The notes: generated by a model not told the origin, from the sequence alone. DNA of 63,995 nucleotides, filler included, from Octopus bimaculoides (GCF_001194135.2; 6 parts of 5 records of this genome joined end to end with filler, not necessarily neighbours in it), one strand, 5' to 3'; shown: positions 50,806 to 63,949, numbered from the whole stretch's first letter. A program made the numbers and translations.

Positions 50806-52439
50806 NNNNNNNNNNCTACTACTACTACTACTACTACTACTACTAATGTTGCTGCTGCTGCTGCTACTGCTGCTCTTGTTTTTCTTCTTAAGACAACGGC
50901 AGAAGACGCGAAAGCAACGCTAATTCTGTACTGATAAATTTTTTGGATCATTTCTTTTACTTTTCCGACTGAGTCTTCTAAACTTGTTATGTTTGTTTCC
51001 TAAGTGTGACAGGATTTCTACAGAAATACTTGACTTCATGTTTTAAGTACGGCTTGGGTTATATACCCTTTCCCAACGTAGAGCTCACGCCGTTTAATTT
51101 ACCAGTATACGAAAAACACAAGAGATGTATCTAAGTTCAGTACTATTCTGTTGTCCAGTAAATCAATTGACACTCCTAGAAAAGAATGTGACTTAACTGT
51201 TACTGAGACCAGAGTTAATGCGATACCTCGTGTCTCAGACATTGCCAAAATGAACAACAAGAACAACGATAACAACAAAAAGCAACTACAAATCGACAAT
51301 AGTAAACTAACCAAACTAACGCAATCGTCCCCAACACCACCACCACCAACAACAAAATAAGCTTGTGTAATGCAAAAGTGGATTGACTTAGCATTACTTG
51401 ACAATACGGAGTTTAATTTCAGGTACTAACTTTGCTTAACCAGGACAGTGTAAAGACATCAAGTTACTCCCCTTTTCAAGTAAACACCCGGTAATCCAAA
51501 ATCTAATTCACATTACGTCTGGGGTAGCCTGAATCCCATTCCAAATTACCCCAGCAATGTTCTTGTCACCCCTTTTTTCTTATTTCGCTCACTAAAATGA
51601 CAAATTCCAGCTCTTTCAACTCATGATACTTTTATTGCAGCGTTACTCAACAACTTTTACCTATGGACAACTTTGATTCCTATTTTACTAGTATAGACGC
51701 TTCTAGCTATTCAATGTTTAACAAATTCCTATTATAGTCTTACAAACAAAAATTACTAGGAATTATATAAAACATTTTGAAATATTTTGTGTATTGTAGA
51801 AGTGTAACCAATTTATTGCAGATAAATTTAAGTATAAAACCTTATATGAACACCTCCACCGCAGGACCATATGGAAACCGATTGAAAACCATTGTTTTAT
51901 AGCATTAAACACGTGTAACATCCAGAATTGTAAGCAAATGTTAAAACGTGAAAATGACAAAAATGTATTGGATTTTAAAATATGACACTTTAACAAGAAA
52001 AATCTTTGGACGTCAAAATTCAGTTTGCAAATATTTCAAACAAAAATATTGCATTTTTTATGAGAAACTGATTGGGATTAATACATTGTAAAATTAAACA
52101 AAATATACTTATATGCAAAAGATAATGGATTACTACTCTTTAATTGTAAACGTATATACTTATTATACAAAACAAAATGTATCAATATACTTTAAATGCG
52201 AATGATATGTATTTCTATACGAAACAAAATATATTTATATATTTAAATGCAAACGTTATGCATTTTTACACAAACATGTAACTAACACATCCACTCACTC
52301 AGAAAACTCTTACATATATGATAATGATCCGGCCCATTATCCCCCTTGCAAAATGTATTTATAAATTATTCGTATCGCCAGTTATTATAAGTTACAGACA
52401 AAAATCTATAATGATAATAATGGTCAAAAAAGTAATAAA

Positions 52440-53283
52440 CTTTTTATTTGCCACCAGGACGGCGAACATATGCAGAAAAATTTGGCGGGGGTAACATGAA
52501 ATCAGAGGACGTATGATGAATTATATTTCTAGTTACCGAGAGGTAACCTGTACGGGATGGGTAGTCTGAAACACTAACGGGATGGGAAGTCTGAAACACT
52601 ACACCAAACGCAGTTGCGCCTCTTCGAGAAGAGAGCGAACAAATAAAAGCACTCTCATCTATAAATGCATTACTAGGAAAAGCAGAAGTGTTGACAAACC
52701 AGCATCAGCACAAGCAGAGAAATGCTTGATGGGCTTTGGATCAGCTTGGCATCTTGGAAGAGGAAGACAGTTTTAAATGGTAGAAGTACTCTGCCTCAAC
52801 AAACAAGAGGGTACAAAAAATATTTACGAATGCTTGCACCTCTGATGCATATGTATTCATTCCCTTGCATTCAAAGCCATAGTGAAAGTGGCTGTATAGT
52901 GGACGAAGTTAAAAGGATTGATTAGCGACACCATTCTCTTCGGTCACGATCTCATAGAAACTTTTAAATTCCAGCAGAAAAGTAAGGCGAGGATGCAAAG
53001 GGAAGTTCCCTTCACCCCAGTGAAATTGTCAATTGCTGCAAAAGGGTTTAGGACAAGTATGCACCTGTAGATTGGAGAACAATAATTGAGTGAAGTTTGT
53101 GCCCTTCATGGTCTGGGTGAACCTGGAGCTGTGGAGTTCCTTCATTGGCATTATCATAGATATGTTCACTTCTTTCTCTCCTTCCTTCCCTTTCATACCG
53201 CCATTTTTATGGAAACATCCCCACCCAAAATTTAAACTGCCATTGTGATATTCCTTTCAATGCTTCATGTTGCAAATAAAAGA
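52440..53283 (+). mobile_element. Tx1/L1-like LINE 3' end
   Basis: PVRD (52547-58), a degenerate CxxC..C knuckle and AIVKVAV*WTKLKGLISDTILFGHDLIETFKFQ..RMQRE. Ends AATAAAAGAAAT. A 25-bp tandem duplication lies at 52552-52600. Confidence 0.6.
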
Positions 53284-53305
53284 AATCATACAATTATCAT
53301 CATAA

Positions 53306-53382
<77 letters not shown>

Positions 53383-54330
53383 TCTCTTTATCATAGGTTT
53401 TGTTTGAGCTTAGTGGACTTACTACCTGCAGCCTACGGTACCATGTTATCCATTCTTTTCAGCTATCTAATACTTTCTTGATTATTCTGGTCGTTCCAAG
53501 AAGGCAAACCCTTTGTAACAGTTCTACTGGGCACTCTATTCCAATTTCCTTTATATTCCCCTTGATGCATTCTGATACTATTTCCAAGGACACAAGAATA
53601 ATTGGCACTATCTTCACCTTCTTCATTTTCCATAGCCGGGCTATTTCGTACTTAAGAGGGATGTATTTATCCATCTTTTCACCTTCCTTCTTGACTATTT
53701 GTGGGTCAAAGAGGCATGCAACATCAACTATATAGCATATGTGGTGCATCTTGTCGACCACCACTAGTTCTGGTATGTTATGTTCTAGCACCTGGTTTGT
53801 TTGGATTGGGAAATCCCAGAGAATTTTGTTAGTTTCCGACTCTGCCACTCTCTGCAGTTTGTGCTCATATTACGTCTTGCCTCTCTCTCTCTAGCCCCCA
53901 CTTTTCGCACAGTTTCTAATGTAGCACTTTCGCTACCTGATCGTGTCGCCACAACTTATTGTGGTTTTGGGAAACTCTAGGTCATTCGTTCATGATATGC
54001 GCAATGGTTTCATCCACTCTATTGCAGATGCAGTACAGTGGAGATGCATGTTTATTACTCAGGTAGACCCTCCTGTTCGTGGCCAAAGCTTCATCTAGTG
54101 CTGCTAGTATAGTGCTCTCGATCTCTTTTTTCGGGGTTCCTTTCATCAACCCATCCCACCTATTTTTTCCAGCAACTTCTATTGTGGCTGCATGGAATTG
54201 ATTGTGTAGTCCCTTCTTGCGTAATTCTTTTTGATGTCCTTTTTGCACTTCTTCCTCTGTTCTTCGTTTTTTTGTCTGTACCATGTATCTTTTGAGTGGT
54301 GCTCTGTGCTTATTTTGCCCCGTAAGGAGC
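53383..54330 (-). mobile_element. R4/Dong-clade non-LTR element, 5'-truncated, 3' end abutting (TAA)n
   Basis: KGLHNQF, IESTILAALDEALATN, CxICxxxxETIAHI..C and RHDQVAKVLH, plus the RLE domain KILWDFPIQT..PELVVVDK..IVDVA..KEGEKMDKY..LLGTTRII. Confidence 0.9.
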
Positions 54331-54529
54331 AATATTTACCTTTCTAAAAAAGCCCGCTTAGCATTAAAGAAAGACACATATACAAGATGGCGTCAAACTA
54401 AATGAGCTCACGGTTCTAGAGCCTCATCACATGTGTGCGACATTTCAGCAGCACATTGATCAACTGTTTGTTATGAATGATAGCGTGAATAGCAGTATGT
54501 CCTTCACTGCCTACCTTGATGGCATATCT

Positions 54530-54948
54530 CGACGTCGGCAAGGGAAGCGGAGTGTCGTGAAATGCCAATAACAGCTGCAAAAATAAGGAATGCGATGATG
54601 GGCTGTACAGAGGGAAAAATATAGGCTTGAATAATCTGCCCCAAGAGCTTTCCTTTTATATTCCAGACTATTCCGTCCTCTCAGGGGATATCTACTGCAA
54701 TTGGCAGAAGTACAGTAGAATTTGTCGTTCCGTGAGTCGAGTAGCGGTGGCACTGCTAAGAAAGGAGACTGAAAGGAGAAACAAATACAAAATTTCAGGC
54801 CCATAACACTGCTGAATTCAAATTTTAAAATTTTGATCGAAGTGTTACCGAAGAGGTTGGCGCTTGTGGTCGAGGAACTGATTAGTGATGCGAAAACATG
54901 CATCATCTCAAGAAGATCTACACCCGACAATCTCCACCTCATGCGTAA
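54530..54948 (+). mobile_element. Tx1/L1-like RT N-terminal fragment
   Basis: QNFRPITLLNSNFKILIEVLPKRLALVVEELISDAKTCIISRRSTPDNLHLMR (54788-54946). Confidence 0.8.
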
Positions 54949-55204
54949 ATCATAGAAGGTGTGGTGTGGGAGCACAGTGCTCCCTCCCATCCATTTTATT
55001 GAAAGGCGGGTGAATGTGGTAAGAATGGTTTTGTTCTAAGCGTACTCTGAGCATGCACCTGCAGATCAAAGAAGCTGATGTGGAGATGGTACTTGCACTT
55101 GTCGTCAGGACGACCATGGTTTTGCAGGTCTTCACGAGCAGCGCTAAGAACTCTCCTTCTTTGAGGGAATTTTCGTTGTTAAAATTCATATTGCTCTCGT
55201 TTCT

Positions 55205-56440
55205 TGAATTACATTTTATTTCATCTTCCGGCCGTGTCTAAATCAGAGACCTAATGCACGTACATATTCTATAGAGAGAAACTTCCTGAGAATGTTGGCG
55301 GTTGATGTCAACACAATTATTTTGAGTTTCGTAGACTGTTGGTTTCCCAGGGGTCTGATTAAAAAATTTGTTTCTTACTCTGTTTGGGTTGCCTTACCAG
55401 CTGTATCATCTAGTCAGTCTTACTTTAGATGCACATTTGGAGTCCTATCGTAGTCGCTTTAAATGACGTTTCAAGCTGGATTAAACCTCTGCCACCTTCC
55501 TTTTATGGGAGATATAGCCTGTGGACGTCTGGGTTTTGGTGGTGCATCTTGTTGGATACGATATTTATTTATCAGTGTCATCAGTGTGTTTATGTCTATA
55601 CTCTGGAGATCCCTCAGATTCTAATTGACCATATTAAGGCTATACTGGACACCTAGTACCACCAGGGAGTTTATAGCTGCAATTTTATTCTGAGAGGACC
55701 ATTCTGGTACGTTTGTAATACTCTCTCCTGATCTTCTCTTTCATTGATCGATGTTGAATCCCTTTCATTTCGTGAATCCCAAGATACATGTAAACGCCTA
55801 CTTGGTCCAGGTCTTTGATAGGTGTATCAGGATCAAGTTGGGTCGTAGTATTAGATGTCAGTTTACTGCATTTGAACGAAGTTTTTGCTCACTTCTGAAG
55901 GTCAAATTCCATATTGATATCATCACCAGTAGCCCTTTCAGATCCTTGACATCTCCAGATGCTGAATCACAACTCAGTTGCATTACATCCTGGTTGGTTC
56001 AGTGCTGTGTAGAATGCCGTCATGACTTGTTTATATTCCTCTCTCGTCCATCTATTTTTAGTGTTTCTTTCGGAGTTTCTTTTATTTAGTGTCTGTCTTA
56101 AGGTGTCAGGGTTGATTTCTCGGTTCTGAAATCCCTCAATATCATTTTCAGAGGAGTTTGTTCCAATTTTCATTTTTCAACTTCAAGTGTGTTCTTCCCT
56201 GAGGGATGTGTCCCTTGGTGACCCACATGACGGACGATGCAGTATAATCTGTGTCTAGTCTTCATTTTGCATGAAGAATCCATTTTAACCTTACTGGCAA
56301 GAAGAGATTTTCGTTTCTACTCTAGACAGATTTGTTTCATCAAGCTTAGAGGGGTCTCTCGACGCTCATTTGGATGGGTTGTGCTGCGCTGGTCATCAAC
56401 ACAGTGTTTCCAACCCTGCAACAGTAGGCTAAGCATTGTG
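55205..56440 (-). mobile_element. R4-clade element with both ends retained and two large internal deletions
   Basis: N-terminal RWTREEYKQVMTAFY. Junction at about 55960 to late-RT DINMEFDL.K and IKDLDQ..YMYLGIHE..KEKIRREYYKR. Junction at about 55360 to the C-terminus IVLTSTANILRKFLSI and the 3' UTR. Confidence 0.75.
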
Positions 56441-57883
56441 TTTATTTTATTTTATTTTATTTCTTATTGCTTTTGAAGTACAAACTCTTCCCTTAATGCA
56501 TTGTTTTGGGACTCGTGCTTCAGTTTTTGTTCCGTTAGTGTTTATATTATGACTTGTGTATGTGTATTGCGAATTGCGTTCTTTAGTTGGCTATTGGCAG
56601 TGACTCTAAGAGATGGGTCTGTGTGTTCAGTCTAAACGTTTTTGACAGAACAATGCCTCCGGCTGTGTGTTGCGGCTTCTTTCGTATCGCGTTCGCCCAA
56701 GGTTCGCAAAACGAAATTCAGCCCTGTCTTGAAATATTTATCAATGAGCACAGCTGTCCTTTTCCACTGTTTAAAAAGAAACTGTACAATGTGTTCCTGT
56801 GTGAATTGTATAAGCACAAAAATTATATGGGCTGATGAATAATCGAAGTGTATATGTGTACTAATGGAAACGCATGTATATGATTAGTTCTAGTACTCAC
56901 AGTTCCGATGTAAATAGATCTCGCAGCCCTACGTGTTGTTTACAGTTTCACGCATAATTGTGCAGCAGCATCTCCGCGTGTTATTTACAGTTTTGAGAAA
57001 AATCGTTCGTTTTTCTGGGATGATTTACATTAAAAAGTAGTTTATTTTCAATTTATTTTTGGCTGTTTCTCAAATCCAACTTAATGATGATCTGAGATTA
57101 AAGTTTTCCTCCCAGTGAGTTTGGCGATGTACTTCCAGCGTGTTTGTTATGCATTCCAGAGCTTCTGCTTGTTATTCGCTTGTTATACACGTGTTGAGGT
57201 GGACTGCGAAATTCCAAGGGTATATATTTGTGAATATTTGTATGTACTCGCAGTTTGCATGTGCTCTTCTCTGAATATGTATAAATATTTTCATTTATTT
57301 CGCTCAGTATGTTTTTCTGACGAACGGAAAGTTATCAATCTAATCCAGAAATTGATCAATCCAAAACTATTTGAAATATATTATGAATTTTTAGTCACTC
57401 TGTTTTTACGTTTTCAACCTGTGTATATATGAAGTGAAGATCTGAAGTGGCTGGATATATTTGACGTCTATTTTCAGCATATAGGCATGGTAGCTTCCAT
57501 GCCCTTAAGTATAATTGTATCCTATACAATTATTTTNNNNNNNNNNNNNNNNNNNNNNNNNNNNNNNNNNNNNNNNNNNNNNNNNNNNNNNNNNNNNNNN
57601 NNNNNNNNNNNNNNNNNNNNNNNNNNNNNNNNNNNNNNNNNNNNNNNNNNNNNNNNNNNNNNNNNNNNNNNNNNNNNNNNNNNNNNNNNNNNNNNNNNNN
57701 NNNNNNNNNNNNNNNNNNNNNNNNNNNNNNNNNNNNNNNNNNNNNNNNNNNNNNNNNNNNNNNNNNNNNNNNNNNNNNNNNNNNNNNNNNNNNNNNNNNN
57801 NNNNNNNNNNNNNNNNNNNNNNNNNNNNNNNNNNNNNNNNNNNNNNNNNNNNNNNNNNNNNNNNNNNNNNNNNNNNNNNNNNN

Positions 57884-57914
<31 letters not shown>

Positions 57915-57921
<7 letters not shown>

Positions 57922-59016
57922 TAAATTAATAATTATATATATAATTAAATATTTATATAAAATGGATCAGGAATGAACCTCCTACATGCTGGAAACTGAC
58001 GCCAAGGGCACTAATAAAACACTGTATGACTCCTACAAAACACGGGTTGTAAGCGGGCAGATGAGAAATACTAAATAAGACTTCACAGTAAATTGTGTAT
58101 TGGGTACAATTTCTGGATTAAAACAATAAAAAGAGTTTATTTCCCATCCTCAACACAATATTCAAAGAACATAATCACAGATACTTATGCATACCCATAC
58201 GACGCAAAGGCGTACGTCTGCATACAAATATCAGTGCTTATGCACCAGATAAAGTCACATTTTTATTTTTCATTTCAGCCATGTGTTATTTATTGAAATA
58301 GTCCAACAGGATGTGCGATTTCGATCAGGAGCAAACACATTTTATAATTTATTCTTAATAAAATTCAGGATAAAATCATGTTAACGGTTATATCAAGTGG
58401 CCAGCATGAAATAAAACCTAGTAGGTAATTCGTATACGAAATTAATAATAATATATATAATTATATAATTATATTAAAGGGATCAGGAAAACTCCTTCTT
58501 CTGCTTGCTGAAAGTAAACACCAAAGGCGCTAAAAAGCCACTGCGTAACTCCTACAAAACACGGGTTGTAAGCGAGCAAATGAAAAAAACTTCACAGTAA
58601 ATTGCGTATAGGGTCCAATTTGGGAATTAAAGCAATAAAAAGAGCTTATTCCCTTCGTCAGTACAATACTCAAAGAATATGTATGTATAAGTAACTGTGA
58701 TTATGTTCTTTGTATATTGTGCTGAGGACGGGAAATAAGCTCTTTTTAATGTTTTAATTCCGAAATTGGACCCAATACCCAATTTACTTTGATGTTTTCG
58801 GTAGTTTTCATTTGCCCGCTTACAACCTGTGTTTTGTAGGAATTACACTGTAGCGATTTAGCACCGTTGGCGTCTACTTTTAGCATGGGAGAAGCTTCTT
58901 TCCTGATCCATTTAATATAATTATATATTTATATATATAATTATTAATTTAGTATATAAGGTCTTACTTCATGCTGGCAACTTGATATAAACATTAACGT
59001 GATTTTATTCTGAATT
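57915..59016. repeat. About 655-bp spacer-less imperfect palindrome (58362-59016) plus a third, direct copy of one arm (57915-58196)
   Basis: CTCCTACAAAACACGGGTTGTAAGCG occurs forward at about 58030 and 58549, and a near-identical reverse complement at about 58818. Outer ends AATTCAGGATAAAATCATGTTAA / TTAACGTGATTTTATTCTGAATT. Confidence 0.9.
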
Positions 59017-59036
59017 GTATACATTCACTGCTTTCT

Positions 59037-59261
59037 GCGAGCTGGCAGAAACGTTAGCACGCCTAGCGAAATGCATAGCGGTATTTCGTCTACCCTTACG
59101 TTTTGAGTTCAAATTCCGCCGAAGTCGACTTTGCCTTTCATCCTTTCGGGGTCGATAAATTAAGTACCAGTTGTGCACTTGGGTCGATGTTATCGACTTA
59201 ATCCCTTTGTCCTTGCTTGTCCCCTCTATGTTTAGCCCCTTGTGGGCAATAAAGAAATAAG
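59037..59261 (+). mobile_element. SINE family A, type-2 tail
   Basis: Same core and the same GTGGGCAATAAAGAAATAAG tail as 7299-7750. Confidence 0.92.
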
Positions 59262-60253
59262 AATCTAATGCTCATAGCTTCGTTTTTACTTGGGGCTGGC
59301 CAGATTGGAGCAATATCGAGAATAACCAGCCGAAATTGCAAATATAATCTAGATCTCGACTGAAGAAAGAAAACTCCGAATGACCTGCCCTTGTTTTCTT
59401 TGTATCGTCTATCTGTATGTTTTGTTGTCCCTTGCTTGTATCACCTAACTATCTGGAGGTTTTGCGTTCTTGTCCCATTTTGTATNNNNNNNNNNNNNNN
59501 NNNNNNNNNNNNNNNNNNNNNNNNNNNNNNNNNNNNNNNNNNNNNNNNNNNNNNNNNNNNATATATATATATATACTCACACACACAACAAATATTTAGG
59601 ACGTGGAAAATTACAAAACTTACTTAAAACATTGCAGAGTCTGCAGAAATATTTAGATATATTAAGAGTTCAGCAAACAACGAACTAGTCTTGTGTATTG
59701 GAGTGGGGGTGGGGTGTTCTATTGATTGAGAAAATGCTTCTTAAATTGTGGACATTCAGAGAGGAAATACGTTCCTGTATTCTTTCATTATTTCAGTCTT
59801 TCAAGTTCATCAACTTATTTGTCCGCTACATAGAACTGATTCATCTTAACTAAGAATTTTATAGTCTAGATATTACAAAATCTATTTGATGTCATAATCA
59901 GCGTTATTCTCCAGTTTACATATGTGTATTGTTAGCATAGCTGTAAATCTCTGATCAATGTAGAGGAAGGCGAGCTATTTTTAGAATATAAAGTGGTTTG
60001 TATGTGCCCTCAGTCTATCTATTGCTTCCAATCGTTTGAGACGTACGTCTGCACCAAACATATACGGAAACTAAAAGAGTATTACCCTCTCTGTGACATA
60101 AATTGGAAAACTTTTCATGCAAGGTAGACTATATACCAACGGAAACAAAAAGTTTTAGCTAAGTGCTGTAGTAAAAACTGACATATTGAAGTCAAAAATT
60201 CTGCAAAATATTTTAATATCAGAGCATAGCTTCCACGGGCAGCTTTTTTACAA

Positions 60254-60630
60254 GTACCCAGTGGTTAGGGCAGCGGACTCGCGGTCATAGAATCGCGGTT
60301 TCGATTCCCAGACCGGGCGTTGTGAGTGTTTATTGAGCGAAAACACCTAAATCTCCATGAGGCTCCAGCAGGGGATCGTGGCGAACCCTGCTGTACTCTT
60401 ACACCACAACTTTCTCTCACTCTTACTTCCTGTTTCTGTTGTGCCTGTAAATCAAAGGGTCAGCCTTGTCACACTGTCACGCTGAATATCCCCGAGAACT
60501 ACGTTAAGGGCACACGTGTCTGTGGAGTGCTCAGCCACTTGCACGTTAATTTCACGAGCAGGCTGTTCTGTTGATCGGATCAACTGGAACTCTCGACGTC
60601 GTAAGCGACGGAGTGCCAACAACGAACAAC
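60254..60630 (+). mobile_element. SINE with a distinct tRNA-like head and middle but a family C tail
   Basis: CAGTGGTTAGGGCAGCGGACTCGCGGTC..GGTTTCGATTCCC head. From about 60440 it matches the family C tail and ends GAGTGCCAACAAC. Confidence 0.85.
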
Positions 60631-60938
60631 AAACCTATCCTATTTAGTCCATATTCGTCTAATGATCAGTTATGTCCATCAGTACTCACTGAGAACAGGG
60701 ATTCTCCTAAGCTCTTTATATGCTTTTTCTAATATTCAAATTTTACACGTGACACTTTAATTAAAGTTGAGAAATAATTTCTCAGTGTCGCCTAAAATAT
60801 AACGGCATTCTTCTAAACCTCATCAGAATAATCTACCAAGACGAAAAAAACGCAAACCTTAGGAAAATCAGGGCATCAAGAACACTATCCTTCACACTAT
60901 ATATAATTGGATATAACTATATAACTATATATGTTGTA

Positions 60939-61586
60939 TCTATACTATAAAAGGCAGATTTTCTCTGTGTGTGTGTATGTTTAAAATTCATACATTTACA
61001 CAATTCCAAGTTTCCTAGATTAAACAATCGCAATTAATATTCTAAATACAATTTGTTAGGTCACTGCGTCATTTTTTCACTCCAAAAAATTCCTAATAGC
61101 GAATATAATCCATAAAACTACACGAGTAAACATTTCTCCCAAATAAAATCTAATTTCCTCTTTCTAATACAAACCCTTTCAACTCCTACTTTCTCTTATG
61201 AACCTTTAAGAACAATCCAACAACAATTACAAAAAGAAAGGAAGAAGAAACACTGACAGTAAAAGAAAACTATTTCAGTATCAAAACTGAAACAATCACA
61301 TTTCGATACTGTAATGATAGATACTAAAACTACATACAAAATCACTTTGCTCCTCTAAAATTAACTATTTCTATTCCTCTTACACATCGTTTCAATTGCT
61401 ACTTTCTCTTATGAACGTTTACGAACGATCCAAGAAAAAAGACAAAGAAACGAAGGAGAGTGAGAGTCAAATAAACACACACACTACCAATCATACGTAA
61501 ATACACACATATATATGTACCTATGGTTACCAATGACCTCATTCCAATTTGGCGGGAATTGTAAGTTTACTTTCCATTTCTAACCC
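60939..61586 (+). mobile_element. Helitron-like 5' end, truncated by a gap
   Basis: A|TCTATACTATAAAAGGCAGA start and an internal direct repeat of about 60 bp (CTACTTTCTCTTATGAAC at 61186 and 61399). Confidence 0.45.
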
Positions 61587-61778
61587 NNNNNNNNNNNNNN
61601 NNNNNNNNNNNNNNNNNNNNNNNNNNNNNNTTAATTAATTAANNNNNNNNNNNNNNNNNNNNNNNNNNNNNNNNNNNNNNNNNNNNAAACAGGATGCGAG
61701 GAGTCTTTGAGGACACTTAATTATCAGTATATTACACTTTTCAAACCATGAAAAGGTTTTACTTCTTTCAGATCCCCG

Positions 61779-62512
61779 ATGGCAGATAAAATTCTAGCAC
61801 AAGCAATGAAAAGACATGCAGTCATTGTTGCCACATGTGCAGAAGACAGCAATTCAAAAATTGCCAACTTTCTAAATTTTGCAAGATATTTTGTTCACAA
61901 AGTTTTGAAGGAATCAGAAGCTTCTGGCGGGAATGTTTCGTCTGTATCAAAGAAAAAAAATAATTCTTAGACGTTTAGGCACTTTAAGGACATCGCAATA
62001 TTTTCAACAGGTTCAAAACGTTATCGATGATGATTCCGGAAAATGAAAATCAATGAGGTATTGCCAAAGAGATTCGAGTGTTACGAGTAGACTATCAGAA
62101 CTCTGGTGAACGAGAGCATTCGATACAAGTCGTATGTACTGAAGAGAGGCCACGTCATATCTGTAAAGACGCAGGGAAACCAGTTGATCCATGCCAAGCG
62201 ATTACTTAAGTTTAAAAACCCACAGGGCATGGTATGTTTTGGTTCTTCTCTGACGAGACAATATTCGACCAAGACCAAAACTCTAACAAGAGAAATAGCA
62301 GATGGTCATATGCAGATCATCCTTATGCCCAAAGAGTGAAGCAAACTAAGTTTCCAGTAACTATAATGGTTTTAGTGGTGGTGAGTAACGGAGGTGTTGT
62401 CATGTCACTCCAGGTCTTTCCACAGAGTTTCAGAATTAAAACTGCTGGATGCATTGTGATACTGGATACAGTTATTAAGCCGTAGATGGATGAAGTACGT
62501 AGTGGAAGGCCC
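61779..62512 (+). pseudogene. maT-type Tc1/mariner transposase remnant (HTH to just before the second D)
   Basis: KIANFLNFARYFVHKV (HTH), RYKSYVLKRG, WFFSDETIFDQDQ..N.RW and TKFPVTIMVLVVVSNGGVVM. Multiple frameshifts and stops. Confidence 0.85.
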
Positions 62513-62989
62513 TTTTCCCTTTCCCCTTTTCCTTCCTTTCTTACACAGATCCCGTTGCTGACCAGTCGGAAATACTCTGTCTCTCCGTTCTCCATCCTTC
62601 AAGACATTTTCTAAGCGTTACTCACTATTCTCGTCTCCTTGGCTCCAAGGTCGTATTTTATTCGACTGTTCGTCCTTGTCTACCGTCCTAAATTACACTG
62701 TGTCGATTTCCTTGTTTTGTTTGGTCTCATGCCTAATTTTCCGCAGGAAAACATTTTTTGCCGGCACCGCCAATTAGGAAGAACTCAGTCTTATCATTAA
62801 AGGTGTGAAACTGAATATTGCCAATTGGTCGATAACTGATGAAGAATTACGGACATNNNNNNNNNNNNNNNNNNNNNNNNNNNNNNNNNNNNNNNNNNNN
62901 TTAATTAATTAANNNNNNNNNNNNNNNNNNNNNNNNNNNNNNNNNNNNNNNNNNNNGAAATGAAGTATTGAATGTCTTATTGAATAAAT

Positions 62990-63400
62990 AAAATATTGAA
63001 TATTAAATATTTAAAGACTAGTACACCTACACCAACAGTCGACCACCATGAACTAAAGGAAGATATCCAGAAATTCTGTCGCAAGTTACGACTTGTGAAA
63101 TTCTTCACCACCAATAATAATAATAATAATAATAATCATAATGAAACCGAATATTCCTTAGTGAGGAATAAATCAAATTTCACCCCACCAAAAGGCAGAA
63201 ATATCTACCTTGACCAATATATTGACACCCTATCAAACCTCCCCCTAAAACAAAGTACCAAAGTTAGACCGAACATTAACAAATCAGAGATATCTGTATT
63301 TAAACGCATACAAAACGATGAAACAATAATAATTAAACAAGCAGATAAAGTGGGGGTGCAATCGTTATCATGGATGTGGAATACTACACGGATTTGGTTG
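62990..63400 (+). pseudogene. Penelope-like element ORF, N-terminal/pre-RT fragment
   Basis: LKEDIQKFCRKLRLVKFF, KSNFTPP, PNINKSE and IIIKQADK, then a frameshift to GGAIVIMDVEYY, matching the PLE IKxADKG motif. Confidence 0.85.
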
Positions 63401-63949
63401 AGGAACAATAATATTATTATAATATCATTATTATAATTATAACAATTATTATCATTATTATTATTATTATTATTATTATCATGTGTATATTTACCTTCAG
63501 TGCAATTACAATGGACATCACCCAGTTTATCAATGCAGGTAGCGTTGTTGATGCATGGATTAGCACTGGAGCAGACAGAGTTGGAGAGTTCACAATTCTT
63601 TCCATAAGTGTTTGACTGGCAGCTGAAGTTTTAAAATGATTAATATTAAAACGCAGAATAATATATACACCCAATTTTAGATTTCACACACATATAGAAT
63701 AAAAAAAAAAGTAAAAAAAAAAAACGTGATTGCAAAGCCAACTTCAGAATCATTCAGCAATGTTGCATATATCTAACTTGAGAAAAAGGAGGCAGTTAGA
63801 ATTCTGGATAATCTTTTATTAACGCTTTCGTTCGTTTACAAACACAAGGCAAAAATTAAAATGAACATTTCGTTGTTCATTTATATGAATCGGATGTTTT
63901 CTGTTTTGTTTAGAAGGGGAGAATATAGTTTTTTTGTCTTTTGGGGCGA

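Noticed and set aside
51103-51175. 73-bp candidate minus-strand exon (TTTTCTAG|G..CTG|GTAAAT)
   Set aside because: The splice signals are plausible, but the peptide is unrecognisable and no partner exons were found.
54950-55200. ORFs 54950-55189 and 55053-55241 between LINE fragments
   Set aside because: Probably further decayed retroelement sequence, but I could not assign a frame or family.
59355-59392. CTGAAGA..CTCCGAAT hammerhead-like string in a repeat after a SINE
   Set aside because: It has GAAT rather than GAAA and no convincing stem I or III. It also resembles the RTE 5' UTR word AGAAGGAAAACTCCGAA.
62808-62856. GAAAC..GTC..CTGATGA just before a gap and a PLE fragment
   Set aside because: Only 5 nt are available for stem I, the rest falls in a synthetic gap, and a lone CTGANGA is common by chance.
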